From: an uncultured Candidatus Saccharibacteria bacterium
GTDB taxonomy: Bacteria; Patescibacteriota; Doudnabacteria; UBA920
Reading direction: 5' to 3'
Length of the DNA: 64,000 bases
Assembly: GCA_964512925.1 (NCBI GenBank)
Contig: CAZEKH010000001.1
Location: forward strand, 136,226 to 200,225
Shown: positions 1-9,737 of the stretch, one piece after another
How the letters are laid out: every line of letters starts with the position of its first letter
Position numbering within the stretch: position 1 is the stretch's first letter
Position numbers and translations under genes: made by a program
The notes under the pieces: generated by a model
Database searches by the model: none
Seen by the model: only the letters and a program-made list of their open reading frames with translations
What the model was told of the DNA's origin: nothing

Positions 1-3000
1 CCGGTTTTTACCGCTGGTATCGGCGCGGAAGGCATCAAAGGCCTTTTGGAACAGATTAATCTGGAAGAATTGTCTATGAGCTTGTCAGTGGCGGTTAAAG
101 AGCTTGAAGGCCAGGCCCAGAGAAAAGCTTTAAAACGTTTGAAATTGGTCAAATCTTTGATCAGCGCCGGTCTTCGTCCGGAATGGATGCTGGTAACAGT
201 CTTGCCGGTTATCCCGCCGGATTTACGCCCAATGGTTCAGTTGGACGGAGGCAGGTTTGCCGCATCTGACTTAAACGATTTGTACCGCCGCGTGATAAAC
301 CGAAACAACCGGTTGAAAAAACTTTTGGAAATAAAAGCCCCGGAAGTCATTACTAGAAACGAAAAAAGGATGTTGCAGGAAGCAGTGGATGCTTTGATAG
401 ACAACTCGGTCAGACACGGTAAAGAAGTTACCGCTTCAACTGGGCAGAAAAGAAAACTTAGAAGTCTGGCTGATATGCTGAAAGGCAAGCAAGGCCGCTT
501 TAGGCAAAATTTGTTGGGTAAGCGCGTGGACTATTCCGGCAGGAGCGTAATCGTGGTTGGTCCGCATTTGAAACTTCACCAGTGCGGTTTGCCGAAGTTT
601 ATGGCTTTGGAATTGTTTAAACCATTTGTTATTTCCAAGCTAATCGCCCGCGAGTACGCGCATAATGTCCGTTCCGCCAACCGCATAATAGAGCAGGGGC
701 GCAATGAGATTTTTGATATCTTGGAAGAAGTGACCAAAAATCATTATGTGCTTTTAAACCGCGCTCCGACTTTGCACAGATTGGGTTTTCAAGCTTTTCA
801 GCCAGTTCTTATAGAAGGCAAGGCAATTCAGCTTCATCCTATGGTTTGCGCGGCTTTTAATGCAGACTTTGACGGTGACCAAATGGCCGTGCACGTGCCT
901 TTGACCGAGCTGGCGCAAAAAGAAGCGCGCGAGATTATGGTTTCAGCTCATAACCTTTTAAAGCCAGCTTCCGGCGATCCGGTGATGACCCCAGACAAAG
1001 ATGTAGTGGTCGGCTGTTACTACATCACCCGTATCAAACCAGGCTGCAAGGGTGAAGGAAAAATTTTCTCCAGCCCCTCAGAAGCTGTGATGGCGTATAA
1101 CAATAAATTTTTAGAGATCCAGGCGAAGATTAAAGTGCGGCTGGAAAGCGGTGAAATGGTGGAGACTTGCGTGGGCCGGCTGATTTTCAACAAAATTTTA
1201 CCCAAAGAACTTGGTTTTAGAAATGAAAATTTTGACAAGAAGAAACTGCAGGGTTTGGTCCGCGAAGTTCATCGGGCGTTTGGCAATGACCGGACAGCCG
1301 AGCTGATTGACGAGATTAAGCGCATCGGCTTTCACTATATGATGCGTTCCGGCCTGTCCTGGGGTATGGATGATTTGCTGGTGCCTGGCGACAAGCAGAA
1401 GGAATTGGCTTCCGCAGATGAAGAGGTTCAGAGCACTTATGACCAATATCGCGAAGGGCTTTTAACCGAAGAGGAAAGAAAAAACCGCGTGGTGGAAATT
1501 TGGGCCGGAGCTTCCGACAAGATTGCGGAAGAAGTAAAAACAACTGTGCCGGAGTTTGGTTCGGTCAACTACTTCGTGTCTTCCGGCGCTAGAGGATCTT
1601 TTTCCCAGATTACCCAGATGTCCGGTATGAAAGGTTTGGTGGTAAACCCGTCCGGAGATGTTATAGAACTTCCGGTAAAGGGAAGTTTTAAAGAAGGACT
1701 TCAGGTTTTGGAATATTTTATTTCTACTCACGGAAGCCGAAAAGGTATGTCTGACACGGCTCTTCGTACCGCGGATGCAGGATATCTAACCAGACGTCTG
1801 GTGGATGTTTCTCAGGATGTGGTGGTGAATGCTGAGGACTGCGGAACTTTGGATTTTGACCTGATCACTCTGGAAGAAAGCAAAAAAATGAACAAGCTTT
1901 TTGACCGCAGGTTGTTTGGTCGGGTTTCCGCTGAGGATGTTAAAGACAGAAACGGAAAAATCATTGTTCAAACCAACCAGGGAATAGATGACCAACAGGC
2001 TAGAGAAATAGTGGAAGCGGGGATCACGGAAGTTAAATGCCGCAGCGTGATAAAATGCAAATTAACCCGCGGTATTTGCAGGCAGTGTTATGGGTTTGAT
2101 CTTGGTTTTAACCAGATGGTCAACTTCGGCGCAGCAGTCGGGATTGTGGCGGCGCAGGCTATCGGTGAGCCTGGCACGCAGCTGACTATGCGTACTTTCC
2201 ACACCGGAGGTTCGGCTTCTGTAAAAGACATCACTCAGGGTCTCCCCCGCGTGGAAGAGCTTTTTGAAGCCAGAGAACCTAAAGGACAGGCCTGGGTTTC
2301 GGAGATTGACGGCACGGTTTATATTTCCAAGATCAGCAATAAAGAATATTCCTTGAGAGTTGAGGGAGCCGGGGTTACTAAAGACGAGTATATGCTGCAC
2401 GGCGCCCAGTCTTCACTGAAAGACGGCAGTCATATTTTGTCCGGGGAAACTCTTTATATCAACAACGAAGGTCAGGCTGTCAAAGCTAAAGCCGACGGAA
2501 TGGTCAGAGTAGATAGCGATAAAATTAAAGTCGTGTATGAAAGCGATGAGGTAAAAGAATATATTGTGCCGGCTTCTTTTTCCTTGCTTGTCAAAGACGG
2601 GGATTTGGTAACTAAGGGTCAGGCTTTAACAGAAGGAAACTTAAGCCCTCACCAAATAATGCTTTTGCGCGGTACTCAGGCAGCCCAGAAATACATCATC
2701 AAAGAAGTTCAGTCTGTTTATGACTCCCAAGGGCAAAACATCCACGACAAGCACATTGAAGTTATCGTCAGACAAATGTTTTCAAAGATGAAAATATCAG
2801 AAGCAGGAGACAGTCAGTTCGTGTCAGGCGAGCTGGTGGACAAGTCCAAGCTCAACGCGCTTAACGAACAGCTTGCGTCAGAAGGCAGAAAGCCTGCGGA
2901 AGCCGAACAGATGCTGATGGGTATAACCAAGGTATCTCTAAATACCGAAAGCTTCTTAGCAGCAGCGTCTTTTCAGGAAACTACCCGCGTGCTTATCGAG

Positions 3001-3153
3001 GCGGCGGTTACCGGCAAGACTGACTACTTAAGAGGATTGAAGGAAAATGTTATCATTGGAAAACTCATTCCGGCCGGAACGGGTTATGACTTCCATGTAG
3101 CTCAGGAAAAGATCCGAGCAGAAGAAGCAGTTTCAGCAGTGGCAGAAGAATAA
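1..3153 (+). CDS. rpoC: DNA-directed RNA polymerase subunit beta' (5' end truncated by the window edge; ORF track start 46 is an internal TTG)
   Basis: Frame 1 is open from nt 1. Contains the catalytic [14 protein letters not shown] motif and the conserved beta' C-terminal region (GKLIPAGTG). Stop at 3151-3153. Confidence 0.95.
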   Translation, partial: PVFTAGIGAEGIKGLLEQINLEELSMSLSVAVKELEGQAQRKALKRLKLVKSLISAGLRPEWMLVTVLPVIPPDLRPMVQLDGGRFAASDLNDLYRRVINRNNRLKKLLEIKAPEVITRNEKRMLQEAVDALIDNSVRHGKEVTASTGQKRKLRSLADMLKGKQGRFRQNLLGKRVDYSGRSVIVVGPHLKLHQCGLPKFMALELFKPFVISKLIAREYAHNVRSANRIIEQGRNEIFDILEEVTKNHYVLLNRAPTLHRLGFQAFQPVLIEGKAIQLHPMVCAAFNADFDGDQMAVHVPLTELAQKEAREIMVSAHNLLKPASGDPVMTPDKDVVVGCYYITRIKPGCKGEGKIFSSPSEAVMAYNNKFLEIQAKIKVRLESGEMVETCVGRLIFNKILPKELGFRNENFDKKKLQGLVREVHRAFGNDRTAELIDEIKRIGFHYMMRSGLSWGMDDLLVPGDKQKELASADEEVQSTYDQYREGLLTEEERKNRVVEIWAGASDKIAEEVKTTVPEFGSVNYFVSSGARGSFSQITQMSGMKGLVVNPSGDVIELPVKGSFKEGLQVLEYFISTHGSRKGMSDTALRTADAGYLTRRLVDVSQDVVVNAEDCGTLDFDLITLEESKKMNKLFDRRLFGRVSAEDVKDRNGKIIVQTNQGIDDQQAREIVEAGITEVKCRSVIKCKLTRGICRQCYGFDLGFNQMVNFGAAVGIVAAQAIGEPGTQLTMRTFHTGGSASVKDITQGLPRVEELFEAREPKGQAWVSEIDGTVYISKISNKEYSLRVEGAGVTKDEYMLHGAQSSLKDGSHILSGETLYINNEGQAVKAKADGMVRVDSDKIKVVYESDEVKEYIVPASFSLLVKDGDLVTKGQALTEGNLSPHQIMLLRGTQAAQKYIIKEVQSVYDSQGQNIHDKHIEVIVRQMFSKMKISEAGDSQFVSGELVDKSKLNALNEQLASEGRKPAEAEQMLMGITKVSLNTESFLAAASFQETTRVLIEAAVTGKTDYLRGLKENVIIGKLIPAGTGYDFHVAQEKIRAEEAVSAVAEE

Positions 3154-3162
3154 AACATATTG

Positions 3163-3199
3163 AAAAACGCTCCGATGTCCATCGGAGCGTTTTTGTTTT
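3163..3199 (+). terminator. Rho-independent terminator of rpoC
   Basis: Hairpin ACGCTCCGATG-tcc-CATCGGAGCGT followed by TTTTTGTTTT. Confidence 0.8.
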
Positions 3200-3235
3200 G
3201 CTTATAAATAAAAGGGAAAATGAGATATATACATC

Positions 3236-3264
3236 TTGCAAAAGTATTCATTTTATGGTATAAT
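3236..3264 (+). promoter_or_regulatory. sigma70-like promoter for the 3321 ORF
   Basis: TTGCAA (3236-3241), 17-nt spacer, TATAAT (3259-3264). RBS GGAGGGG at 3310-3316 precedes the ATG at 3321. Confidence 0.55.
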
Positions 3265-3320
3265 ATATATTAAGTGCCCTTTTAGTCTTGTATAGGAGCC
3301 CAAGATTGGAGGGGTAAAAG

Positions 3321-3752
3321 ATGGCAAAACTTGCCACAGTATTTTTTCTGGCCGCGCTTAGCGTGGCCTTTTGTGAGGAAGGAGGAAGAAGCATTGTTCT
3401 TTCGGACGTCCGCTATGACGCTCCGAAAGAAGGCACCCGCGCGGTCGGGCGCGGGTGGAAGGTTAGTGCCGCGGCTGTGCTTGCCGCGTCTGCCTTTGAC
3501 TGCCAGTCGTCTTGGGGACGGCTGGAATTGAACCCATTGCTAAGGGGTTCAGACGGACGATTTGGCGCAAAGGGGGCCGGCATCAAACTTGGTATCACAG
3601 CGGGATCTTTGTTTTTGGAGTATGCGCTGGCGCGCAAGCTGCCAAAGGCGGAGAAGGTCGGCGTTGTGACCAACGGTTTGATGGCTGGCGTGTTAACATC
3701 AGTCGCGGTATACAATAAGAAACTTGCCGCCCAGGAGCGGGCAGGCAAGTAA
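3321..3752 (+). CDS. hypothetical secreted/membrane protein with N-terminal signal peptide; high GC (~60%)
   Basis: Good promoter, SD and a downstream terminator. Hydrophobic N-terminus MAKLATVFFLAALSVAF. Composition differs from neighbouring genes. Confidence 0.5.
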   Translation: MAKLATVFFLAALSVAFCEEGGRSIVLSDVRYDAPKEGTRAVGRGWKVSAAAVLAASAFDCQSSWGRLELNPLLRGSDGRFGAKGAGIKLGITAGSLFLEYALARKLPKAEKVGVVTNGLMAGVLTSVAVYNKKLAAQERAGK

Positions 3753-3777
3753 AACACTAAGCTTCACAAGTTTGCTT

Positions 3778-3813
3778 GGGCGCTTTCGGAGAAATCCGGA
3801 GCGCCTTTTTTTA
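3778..3813 (+). terminator. Rho-independent terminator
   Basis: GGCGCTTTCGGAGAAATCCGGAGCGCC hairpin followed by TTTTTTT. Confidence 0.65.
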
Positions 3814-3954
3814 AAATGAGGTTATAGCAGTTATGAGAAAAATGCAAGTAAAAAAATCCCTGCCCACAGGCAGGCCCGCTGGAGGTTGCCCTCATAACCT
3901 GCCTCGTTTGACTTACGAGTCATGGCGGGAAATTGGGGCAGGGATGACAGAATA

Positions 3955-4010
3955 CAAAAATAGCAAAAACAGGGGCACCCTCTAGCCTTGCTGAGAGGGT
4001 GCCCCTGTTA
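3955..4010 (-). terminator. Rho-independent terminator of valS
   Basis: CAGGGGCACCCTCT...AGAGGGTGCCCCTG hairpin with a U-run on the minus strand. Confidence 0.75.
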
Positions 4011-4018
4011 ACTGGTTA

Positions 4019-6280
4019 TTATTTTGGCCATTTGGATACCATCAGGAGTCCGCCTTTGTCTAGGAGCTTGTGTTCGTTTAAGATTTGCCAGATGTGTTCG
4101 GTAACAAAAGGCATAAAGGGGTGGAGGAGTCTGAGAATAGTATCGAGTATATAGTATAAAGTATTTAGCGTGTTGAGTTTTAATGCTTCGTCGGCCAGTT
4201 GAATTTTACTGGCTTCAATATAGACGTCTGCAAATTCGTGCCAGACAAAGTGATAGATTTCTTGTGCAGCTTCGTGCAGACGGAAGTTCTCCAGGTGTTC
4301 GGTGGAAGATTTAATAAGATTTTCTAATTTGGAGAGGATGTCTTTGTCGGCATCGGTGATTGGCTGCACCCCCTCCCTTAATCCCTCCCCCATCTGATGG
4401 GAGAGGGAAATGGGCGAGGGAGTGTTCTCCTCAGCAGGGGAGGGTAAAGAGGTGAGAATGAAGCGAGCAATATTCCAAAGCTTGTTGGCAAAATGCTTCA
4501 TACCTTTGATTTTGTCTTCAGCAAGTGGAATGTCGTTGCCGGCGGCTGAGGAAAATATTAAAGCAAATCTTAAGGCATCGGTCCCATAGGTATCTATAAC
4601 AGCCAAAGGGTCTATGACATTGCCTTTGGACTTGGACATTTTTTGTCTGTCTTTGTCGCGTACTAGTCCGTGAAGGTAGACTTTTTGAAAAGGAGCTTTG
4701 TTGGTGCGGTAGTAGGAAAGCATAACCATCCTGGCTACCCAAAAGAAAAGTATGTCCCAACCAGTTTCCATAACTTGGGTTGGAAAGAAACTTTTAAAAT
4801 CCAACCTCTCCCCATCCCTCCCCTCAGAAGGGGAGGGGGAAGTAGAAGATTTGCGCTTTTGGTCATTTGCCATAAGTGTGGCAAAAGGCCACTGGCCGCT
4901 AGAAAACCAAGTGTCAAAAGTATCTGGGTCTTGAACTAAAACTTTAGAGTTACATTTTGGGCAAATTGTCTCGGTGTTATTTGTGTCAATTATAAATTCG
5001 GGGCAATTTTGGCAATATTTTGCCGGGATGGATATTCCCCACCAAATCTGTCTTGAGATTGGCCAGTCACGGATGTTTTCCATCCAGTGGCGGAAGATTT
5101 TTTCAAATTTTTCTGTGACAATTTCTACTTCTTTTTTATCCAGTGCTTGTATAGCCATATCGCGCAAACTCGGTCTCCCATCTTTGAGCGGTTTGGTCAT
5201 AGCTATATACCACTGCTGAACAATCTGGGGTTCGATGATTCTGCTGCACTTGTAGCAAGTTTGGACATTGTGTTTATAGTTTTCGTCTATTTTTTCCAAA
5301 AGCCCTTTTTCTTTGAGTTTTTCTACTATTTTTGGTCTGGCTTCTTCAGTGCGCATCCCAGCAAATTCTCCGGCGATAGGTAGAAGCTTGCCGCGAAGAT
5401 CTATAATCTGTTCAAAGTCCAAGTTATGACGTTTAGCAATGTCAAAGTCAACAGCATCGTGCCAGGGGGTGATGGTCATAACTCCACTGCCAAACTCCAT
5501 ATCCACTGCCTTGTCTTTTATGATTGTTGCCGTAATTTTGCCATTGATCCACTCCACATTTTCCAGTTTTTGTCCGTGCTTATACTGCTCGTATCTTTTG
5601 TCGTCCGGATGCATAACTACGTACTTGTCGCCGAACTTAGTTTCAGGACGCGAGGTGCCTATGGTAAAAGGTCCGTATTTAAAATAGTAAAAAGGCTCTG
5701 TGCGTTCTTCGTATTTGGTTTCAAGATCTGCAAGTCCAGTTTGGTGTTTGCTGCACCAGTTGCAAATCCGGCCATCGCGGTAGACAAGGCCGTCTTCGTG
5801 CATTTTTTTAAAAGTGTCGTAAACAACTTTGACTATTTCTGGGTCCAAGGTAAAAATATTTCTACTCCAGTCACAGGAAGCCCCCAGACGTTTTAAGCTG
5901 TTTTCTGTTATGTGTTTGTTGCCCTGTACAAAGTCCCAAATTTCTTTGTAAAAGTCTTCGCGCTGCATCCCAAAACGGCTGCGACCTTCTTTTTCCAGCT
6001 TTTTTTCGTATACCACTTGGGTTTCAAAACCCGCGTGGTCAGTGCCAGGCTGCCACAGGGTTTTAAACCCTTGCATCCTTTTGTAGCGTATTAAAATGTC
6101 TTCAATTGTTACAAATAAAGCGTGCCCTACATGCATAGGCGCATTGGCATTTGGCGGGGGCATTATAATTGTGTAAGGCTCGCCCGTTAGGTTGTCCGGG
6201 TTAAAGTACCCAGAGTCTTCCCACATTTTGTAAATTTTGTCCTCTACTTCGTTTGCGTTGTAAGATTTTTGTAATTCCAT
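4019..6280 (-). CDS. valS: valine--tRNA ligase (class I aaRS); likely start is the internal Met MELQKSYN, the ORF track extends to 6355
   Basis: HIGH-type motif PPPNANAPMHVGHA and KMSKS motif KMSKSKGN. N-terminal YNANEVEDKIYKMWE. Carries two in-frame low-complexity insertions derived from palindromic repeats. Confidence 0.75.
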   Translation of the reverse strand: MELQKSYNANEVEDKIYKMWEDSGYFNPDNLTGEPYTIIMPPPNANAPMHVGHALFVTIEDILIRYKRMQGFKTLWQPGTDHAGFETQVVYEKKLEKEGRSRFGMQREDFYKEIWDFVQGNKHITENSLKRLGASCDWSRNIFTLDPEIVKVVYDTFKKMHEDGLVYRDGRICNWCSKHQTGLADLETKYEERTEPFYYFKYGPFTIGTSRPETKFGDKYVVMHPDDKRYEQYKHGQKLENVEWINGKITATIIKDKAVDMEFGSGVMTITPWHDAVDFDIAKRHNLDFEQIIDLRGKLLPIAGEFAGMRTEEARPKIVEKLKEKGLLEKIDENYKHNVQTCYKCSRIIEPQIVQQWYIAMTKPLKDGRPSLRDMAIQALDKKEVEIVTEKFEKIFRHWMENIRDWPISRQIWWGISIPAKYCQNCPEFIIDTNNTETICPKCNSKVLVQDPDTFDTWFSSGQWPFATLMANDQKRKSSTSPSPSEGRDGERLDFKSFFPTQVMETGWDILFFWVARMVMLSYYRTNKAPFQKVYLHGLVRDKDRQKMSKSKGNVIDPLAVIDTYGTDALRFALIFSSAAGNDIPLAEDKIKGMKHFANKLWNIARFILTSLPSPAEENTPSPISLSHQMGEGLREGVQPITDADKDILSKLENLIKSSTEHLENFRLHEAAQEIYHFVWHEFADVYIEASKIQLADEALKLNTLNTLYYILDTILRLLHPFMPFVTEHIWQILNEHKLLDKGGLLMVSKWPK

Positions 6281-6341
6281 ATGCGATCCTAATTTACGAA
6301 TTACACTCGAATGATCCGAATGTAGTTTGAATAATAAATTA

Positions 6342-6752
6342 TTAAAGATAGCCAAGTTGTTTAAAAAGTTTTCTTGAGGGCGGAACTATATCCATATCTT
6401 TTAAATTTTCAATTTTTACCCATTCAATTTTTTCTACTCCCTCGGGTTTTTGCGGCTGGCCTGAAACATAGGAGCAAAGAAAGTTAAAATATTTATATTT
6501 TGTTTGAACTCCATTTATATCTGGTTTTTCTTCTTCGCTTATACCAATATCTTGATCAGCTTTTATTTTTATACCAAGTTGTTGCAGGATTGCTTTTTCC
6601 GCAAATTCTTTTAAATTTATGTCTTGTTCAGTAAATTCAGCTCCGAACAAATACCAAGTTTCTTTGTAAGGCAGACTGCCTTGCGGCTTTTTACGCATTA
6701 GTACTTTTCCTTGGTTTTCAATGACACATATAGCTAGGCTTTTTGTTTGCAT
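6342..6752 (-). CDS. NUDIX-fold protein with degenerate Nudix box
   Basis: GAEFTEQ...EFAEKAILQQLGI aligns to the MutT Nudix box, but RE..EE is replaced by KA..QQ. Confidence 0.45.
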   Translation of the reverse strand: MQTKSLAICVIENQGKVLMRKKPQGSLPYKETWYLFGAEFTEQDINLKEFAEKAILQQLGIKIKADQDIGISEEEKPDINGVQTKYKYFNFLCSYVSGQPQKPEGVEKIEWVKIENLKDMDIVPPSRKLFKQLGYL

Positions 6753-7119
6753 TGTTTATTTGGATTCCCGCTACCGGCCTTGTCTTGATTGCCAAGTCGA
6801 GACAGGTCGCGGGAATGACAATATAAAAAAATAAAAAACACCTAAAATAGGTGTTTGAGAGCCCTCGCGGGCGGTACCATCTCAAAGTTGTCCCCCAAAA
6901 GCTGAAGCATTTAGGCGGATCCCGCTTTGCGGGACTTAATTTACTACTTTAACGGGCAGTCTCCGGCCAGGTCTAGTTTTTCCAAAGTGGAAATTTCTTC
7001 TGGCACCATCCCGATGACGGTCAGGATATAGGCTTTTTTATAGTATAGAGTATTTGGTATTTTGTATCAAGCGGATAGCAAATTAAAATTATAGATAAAA
7101 TTAAAAAAGGAGAGCGCGT

Positions 7120-7307
7120 TTATTGCGCGCTCTCTGGTGTGTCGATGAAGATTTGCGGGCGAGAATCCTGCTTGGTTCCTAAAGGTCTCCATCTCCAGGA
7201 TTTACCGGCAATAACAATCCCATTCCAGGGATTGTTATTTTTCCAGGCGGCCATAAACTCTCCGGTCGCCTTTGTAAAATCTTCTGCGGATAAGTAAGTC
7301 CACTGCA
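7120..7307 (-). CDS. small hypothetical protein (62 aa, MQWTYLSAEDF...)
   Basis: ATG preceded by GGAGGAGG SD on the minus strand. No recognisable family. Confidence 0.3.
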
Positions 7308-7364
7308 TATGATTCCTCCTCCAGGTTTTGCGCCCTGGAATTTGCGGTTGGCAAGTTTCAAGGT

Positions 7365-7397
7365 ACAAAAAACCCCGCCCTTTAGGAAGGGCGGGGT
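7365..7397 (-). terminator. Rho-independent terminator
   Basis: CCCCGCCCTTTAGGAAGGGCGGGG hairpin flanked by an A/T run. The same stem recurs at 35269-35304. Confidence 0.65.
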
Positions 7398-7490
7398 GGG
7401 AAATGAAAATATCAATGCCCAAAACACCGCCCTAAAGTAGAGCAGGAGGTAGAGGATGAGACCAAGAAATGTAATGAGGATTTGATCATA

Positions 7491-7805
7491 TTAAAATTCA
7501 TAAGGAATACCAAGTTTGAGCGAAGCTTTTTGTATCCAGTTTTCCATTTTTTGAACTCTGCGGACAAGAAAAACCATTTCTTGATGATAATCTTTTATAA
7601 GCTTTGCCAAATTATCAATTTGTGTTTGCACCTGTAGAATATCGGTTTTATCAGCTTTTTGAGATAAAAGAGTTTGAAATTTTGTATCAAGATTGTGTAT
7701 GTCAGTTTTGAGCGCTACTTTATAGTTTAAAAAATCAATAATAAAATCCACTTTTTCTTCAAGATTTGTTGGTTTTTTAACGGATTTTTTATTATTATTT
7801 TTCAT
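7491..7805 (-). CDS. hypothetical coiled-coil protein
   Basis: 104-aa ORF, lysine-rich N-terminus, heptad-like sequence. Confidence 0.45.
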   Translation of the reverse strand: MKNNNKKSVKKPTNLEEKVDFIIDFLNYKVALKTDIHNLDTKFQTLLSQKADKTDILQVQTQIDNLAKLIKDYHQEMVFLVRRVQKMENWIQKASLKLGIPYEF

Positions 7806-7904
7806 TTGTCGCTTTAGTTGCCTGCATATTTTTAGATATTTATATTATATACCAGTGTTTTAAACTTTTCAAATAGTAGTTTTTTATGAGCAATTATGAT
7901 CGTT

Positions 7905-7998
7905 GTTGCCTCACCCCCCAGTACTATTTAGTACGGGGCAAGCCAGCCCCCAGCCCGAACGCCGCAAGCGGGCAGGTCTCCGATGTCGGAGAGGGGGT
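7905..7998. repeat. composite GC-rich palindromic repeat (CCTCACCCC / CCCGAACGCC...GGCGGGCAGGTCTCC-loop-GGAGAGGGGG modules)
   Basis: Same modules recur at 48320-48390, 48660-48740, 49140-49205, 52142-52200 and 55830-55900, and inside pgm at 33590-33650. Confidence 0.7.
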
Positions 7999-8004
7999 AG
8001 GGTG

Positions 8005-9105
8005 TTAAATTTGCAAATTGCTGTCCGCTGAAAGTTTTTTGTAGGAGATGGGTTTAAACCCGCCTGCTAGTTTAACCGCTGCGGCAATACCGATCATCTC
8101 TGCGTTGTCGCCGGTTAAGTGTAGGGGAGCGGGGAAGAATTTTAGTCCATTATTTTTAGACATTATCTCCAGTCTCTGCCTAAGCGCGCGGTTAGCGGCA
8201 ACTCCGCCTGACAGCGAGATGGATTTAGCGCCAAACTCTTTGGCTGCGCGCAGGGTTTTTTGGGTGAGAACATCTACAACCGCTTCCTGGAAGGAAGCGC
8301 AAATGTCAGAGGTAGCGTTTAGTGGGTAGCGTTTAGTGGGTAGGGACTGCAGGTGATAGAGGACAGCTGTTTTAAGACCGGAGAAGGAAAAGTTGTAGTT
8401 TTTGTGGGTGAGCATCGGGCGCGGGAAATTTATTGCCTTAGGGTCGCCTTTTTCAGCTAACTTGGAAACTTCCGGTCCGCCCGGGTAGGGAAGTTTGAAC
8501 ATCTTTGCCACTTTGTCAAAACATTCGCCCGCCGCGTCGTCCACGGTTTCGCCGATCACTTTATAGTTATGTAAATCTTTCATCAAAACCAGCATAGTGT
8601 GGCCGCCGGAAACTATGAGAGCAATGGATGGAAACACCCCCTCCCTTAATCCCTCCCCCGTTTTGCGGGAGAGGGAAGTGGAGAATGGTGAATATAGGTG
8701 GCCAAGCATATGGTTAATCGGGATCAGCGGTTTTTTTGTTGCCAGAGAAAGGGCTTTGGCAAACTCTACCCCTACGGCCAAAGAGACTATGAGCCCTGGG
8801 CCTTGGGTGGGGGCAATATAATCCAAATTTTCAATTTTTAATTTTGCAATTTTCAATGCCGACTCTACAACCGGGCGGATATATCTGATGTGAGCGCGGG
8901 CTGCGGCTTCCGGTACTACCCCGCCCATTTTGGAGTGGATTTTAATTTGGGATTTTACGACCGCAGACAGGATTTTTATTTCTGGCAATTTTTTATTAGT
9001 CCCCCTCTGCTGGTGAGGAGAGGGGTTAGGGGAGAGGTTACAGCTTAAAACCGCAGCAGCAGTTTCGTCGCAGGAAGTTTCAATGGCAAGAATTTTTTGC
9101 ATCAT
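8005..9105 (-). CDS. tsaD: tRNA N6-adenosine threonylcarbamoyltransferase TsaD (Kae1/Gcp family)
   Basis: N-terminal ILAIETSCDETAAAV, GGVAANRALR and C-terminal GDNAEMIG motifs. Two in-frame repeat-derived insertions (GEGLREGV; NLSPNPSPHQQRG). Confidence 0.85.
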   Translation of the reverse strand: MMQKILAIETSCDETAAAVLSCNLSPNPSPHQQRGTNKKLPEIKILSAVVKSQIKIHSKMGGVVPEAAARAHIRYIRPVVESALKIAKLKIENLDYIAPTQGPGLIVSLAVGVEFAKALSLATKKPLIPINHMLGHLYSPFSTSLSRKTGEGLREGVFPSIALIVSGGHTMLVLMKDLHNYKVIGETVDDAAGECFDKVAKMFKLPYPGGPEVSKLAEKGDPKAINFPRPMLTHKNYNFSFSGLKTAVLYHLQSLPTKRYPLNATSDICASFQEAVVDVLTQKTLRAAKEFGAKSISLSGGVAANRALRQRLEIMSKNNGLKFFPAPLHLTGDNAEMIGIAAAVKLAGGFKPISYKKLSADSNLQI

Positions 9106-9178
9106 ATATAGAATATTGCTGTATTATATACGAACTGAAAGTGAAATAAAAGTTGGTTAAAAGTGTATAATAGAAGAT

Positions 9179-9733
9179 ATGACTGACCAAGCTGATGAAG
9201 CACTGGCAAAATTGGCGCAAAATGGCGATTCTGGGGCTTTTTCCCAGCTGGTTTTGAGATATGAGCAAAAAATTCTCAGGTACGCCAGAAAATTTTTGTT
9301 TGGTTATCAGGAAGCCGAGGATTTGGCGCAGGAAGTTTTTTTGAAAGCGTTTGTGAATTTGCGAAGTTTTGATACAGACAGAAGATTTTCCCCCTGGATC
9401 TACCGGATTGCCCACAACGAGTTTATAAACGCAATCAAGAAAAAAGGCAAAGAGCCGCTGCCGTTTTTTGACGCTGATGCGATTTTTCCCCACCCGTTGT
9501 CCAAGGAAGATCCGGCCAAAGATACGGACATTGCCCAGACTAAAATAATGCTGGATAAATGTTTGTCCAAGCTTGATCCGAAATACCGCGAGCCTTTGGT
9601 CTTGTTCTTCTTTGAAGATATGGATTACAAACAGATTGCGGACATCTTGCGTATTCCGATGTCCACGGCCGGAGTGAGGATCAAACGGGGTAAAGAGAGG
9701 CTCAAGGAAATTTTTTCAAATATAAAGGGATAA
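9179..9733 (+). CDS. ECF-type RNA polymerase sigma-70 family factor
   Basis: Region 2 (YRIAHNEFINAIKK) and region 4 HTH (DYKQIADILRIPMSTAGVRIKRGKERL). Confidence 0.85.
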   Translation: MTDQADEALAKLAQNGDSGAFSQLVLRYEQKILRYARKFLFGYQEAEDLAQEVFLKAFVNLRSFDTDRRFSPWIYRIAHNEFINAIKKKGKEPLPFFDADAIFPHPLSKEDPAKDTDIAQTKIMLDKCLSKLDPKYREPLVLFFFEDMDYKQIADILRIPMSTAGVRIKRGKERLKEIFSNIKG

Positions 9734-9737
9734 ATAT

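Noticed and set aside
237-2400. Multiple 60-110-aa ORFs on the minus strand inside rpoC (237-488, 1020-1238, 1198-1446, 1316-1543, 1462-1731, 1786-1995, 2062-2400)
   Set aside because: All are antisense to a strongly supported, highly conserved rpoC reading frame. No start signals or family resemblance.
4518-6094. Short ORFs on both strands inside valS (4518-4760, 4670-4939, 4974-5219, 5087-5383, 5426-5896, 5912-6094)
   Set aside because: They overlap the valS coding frame. Open frames here are expected by chance and through repeat-derived low-complexity DNA.
8305-8340. 14-bp tandem duplication (TAGCGTTTAGTGGG x2) inside tsaD as a possible frameshift or pseudogene
   Set aside because: The reading frame stays open. 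The region aligns in length with the variable segment of TsaD orthologs. Likely a benign in-frame microsatellite-like repeat.
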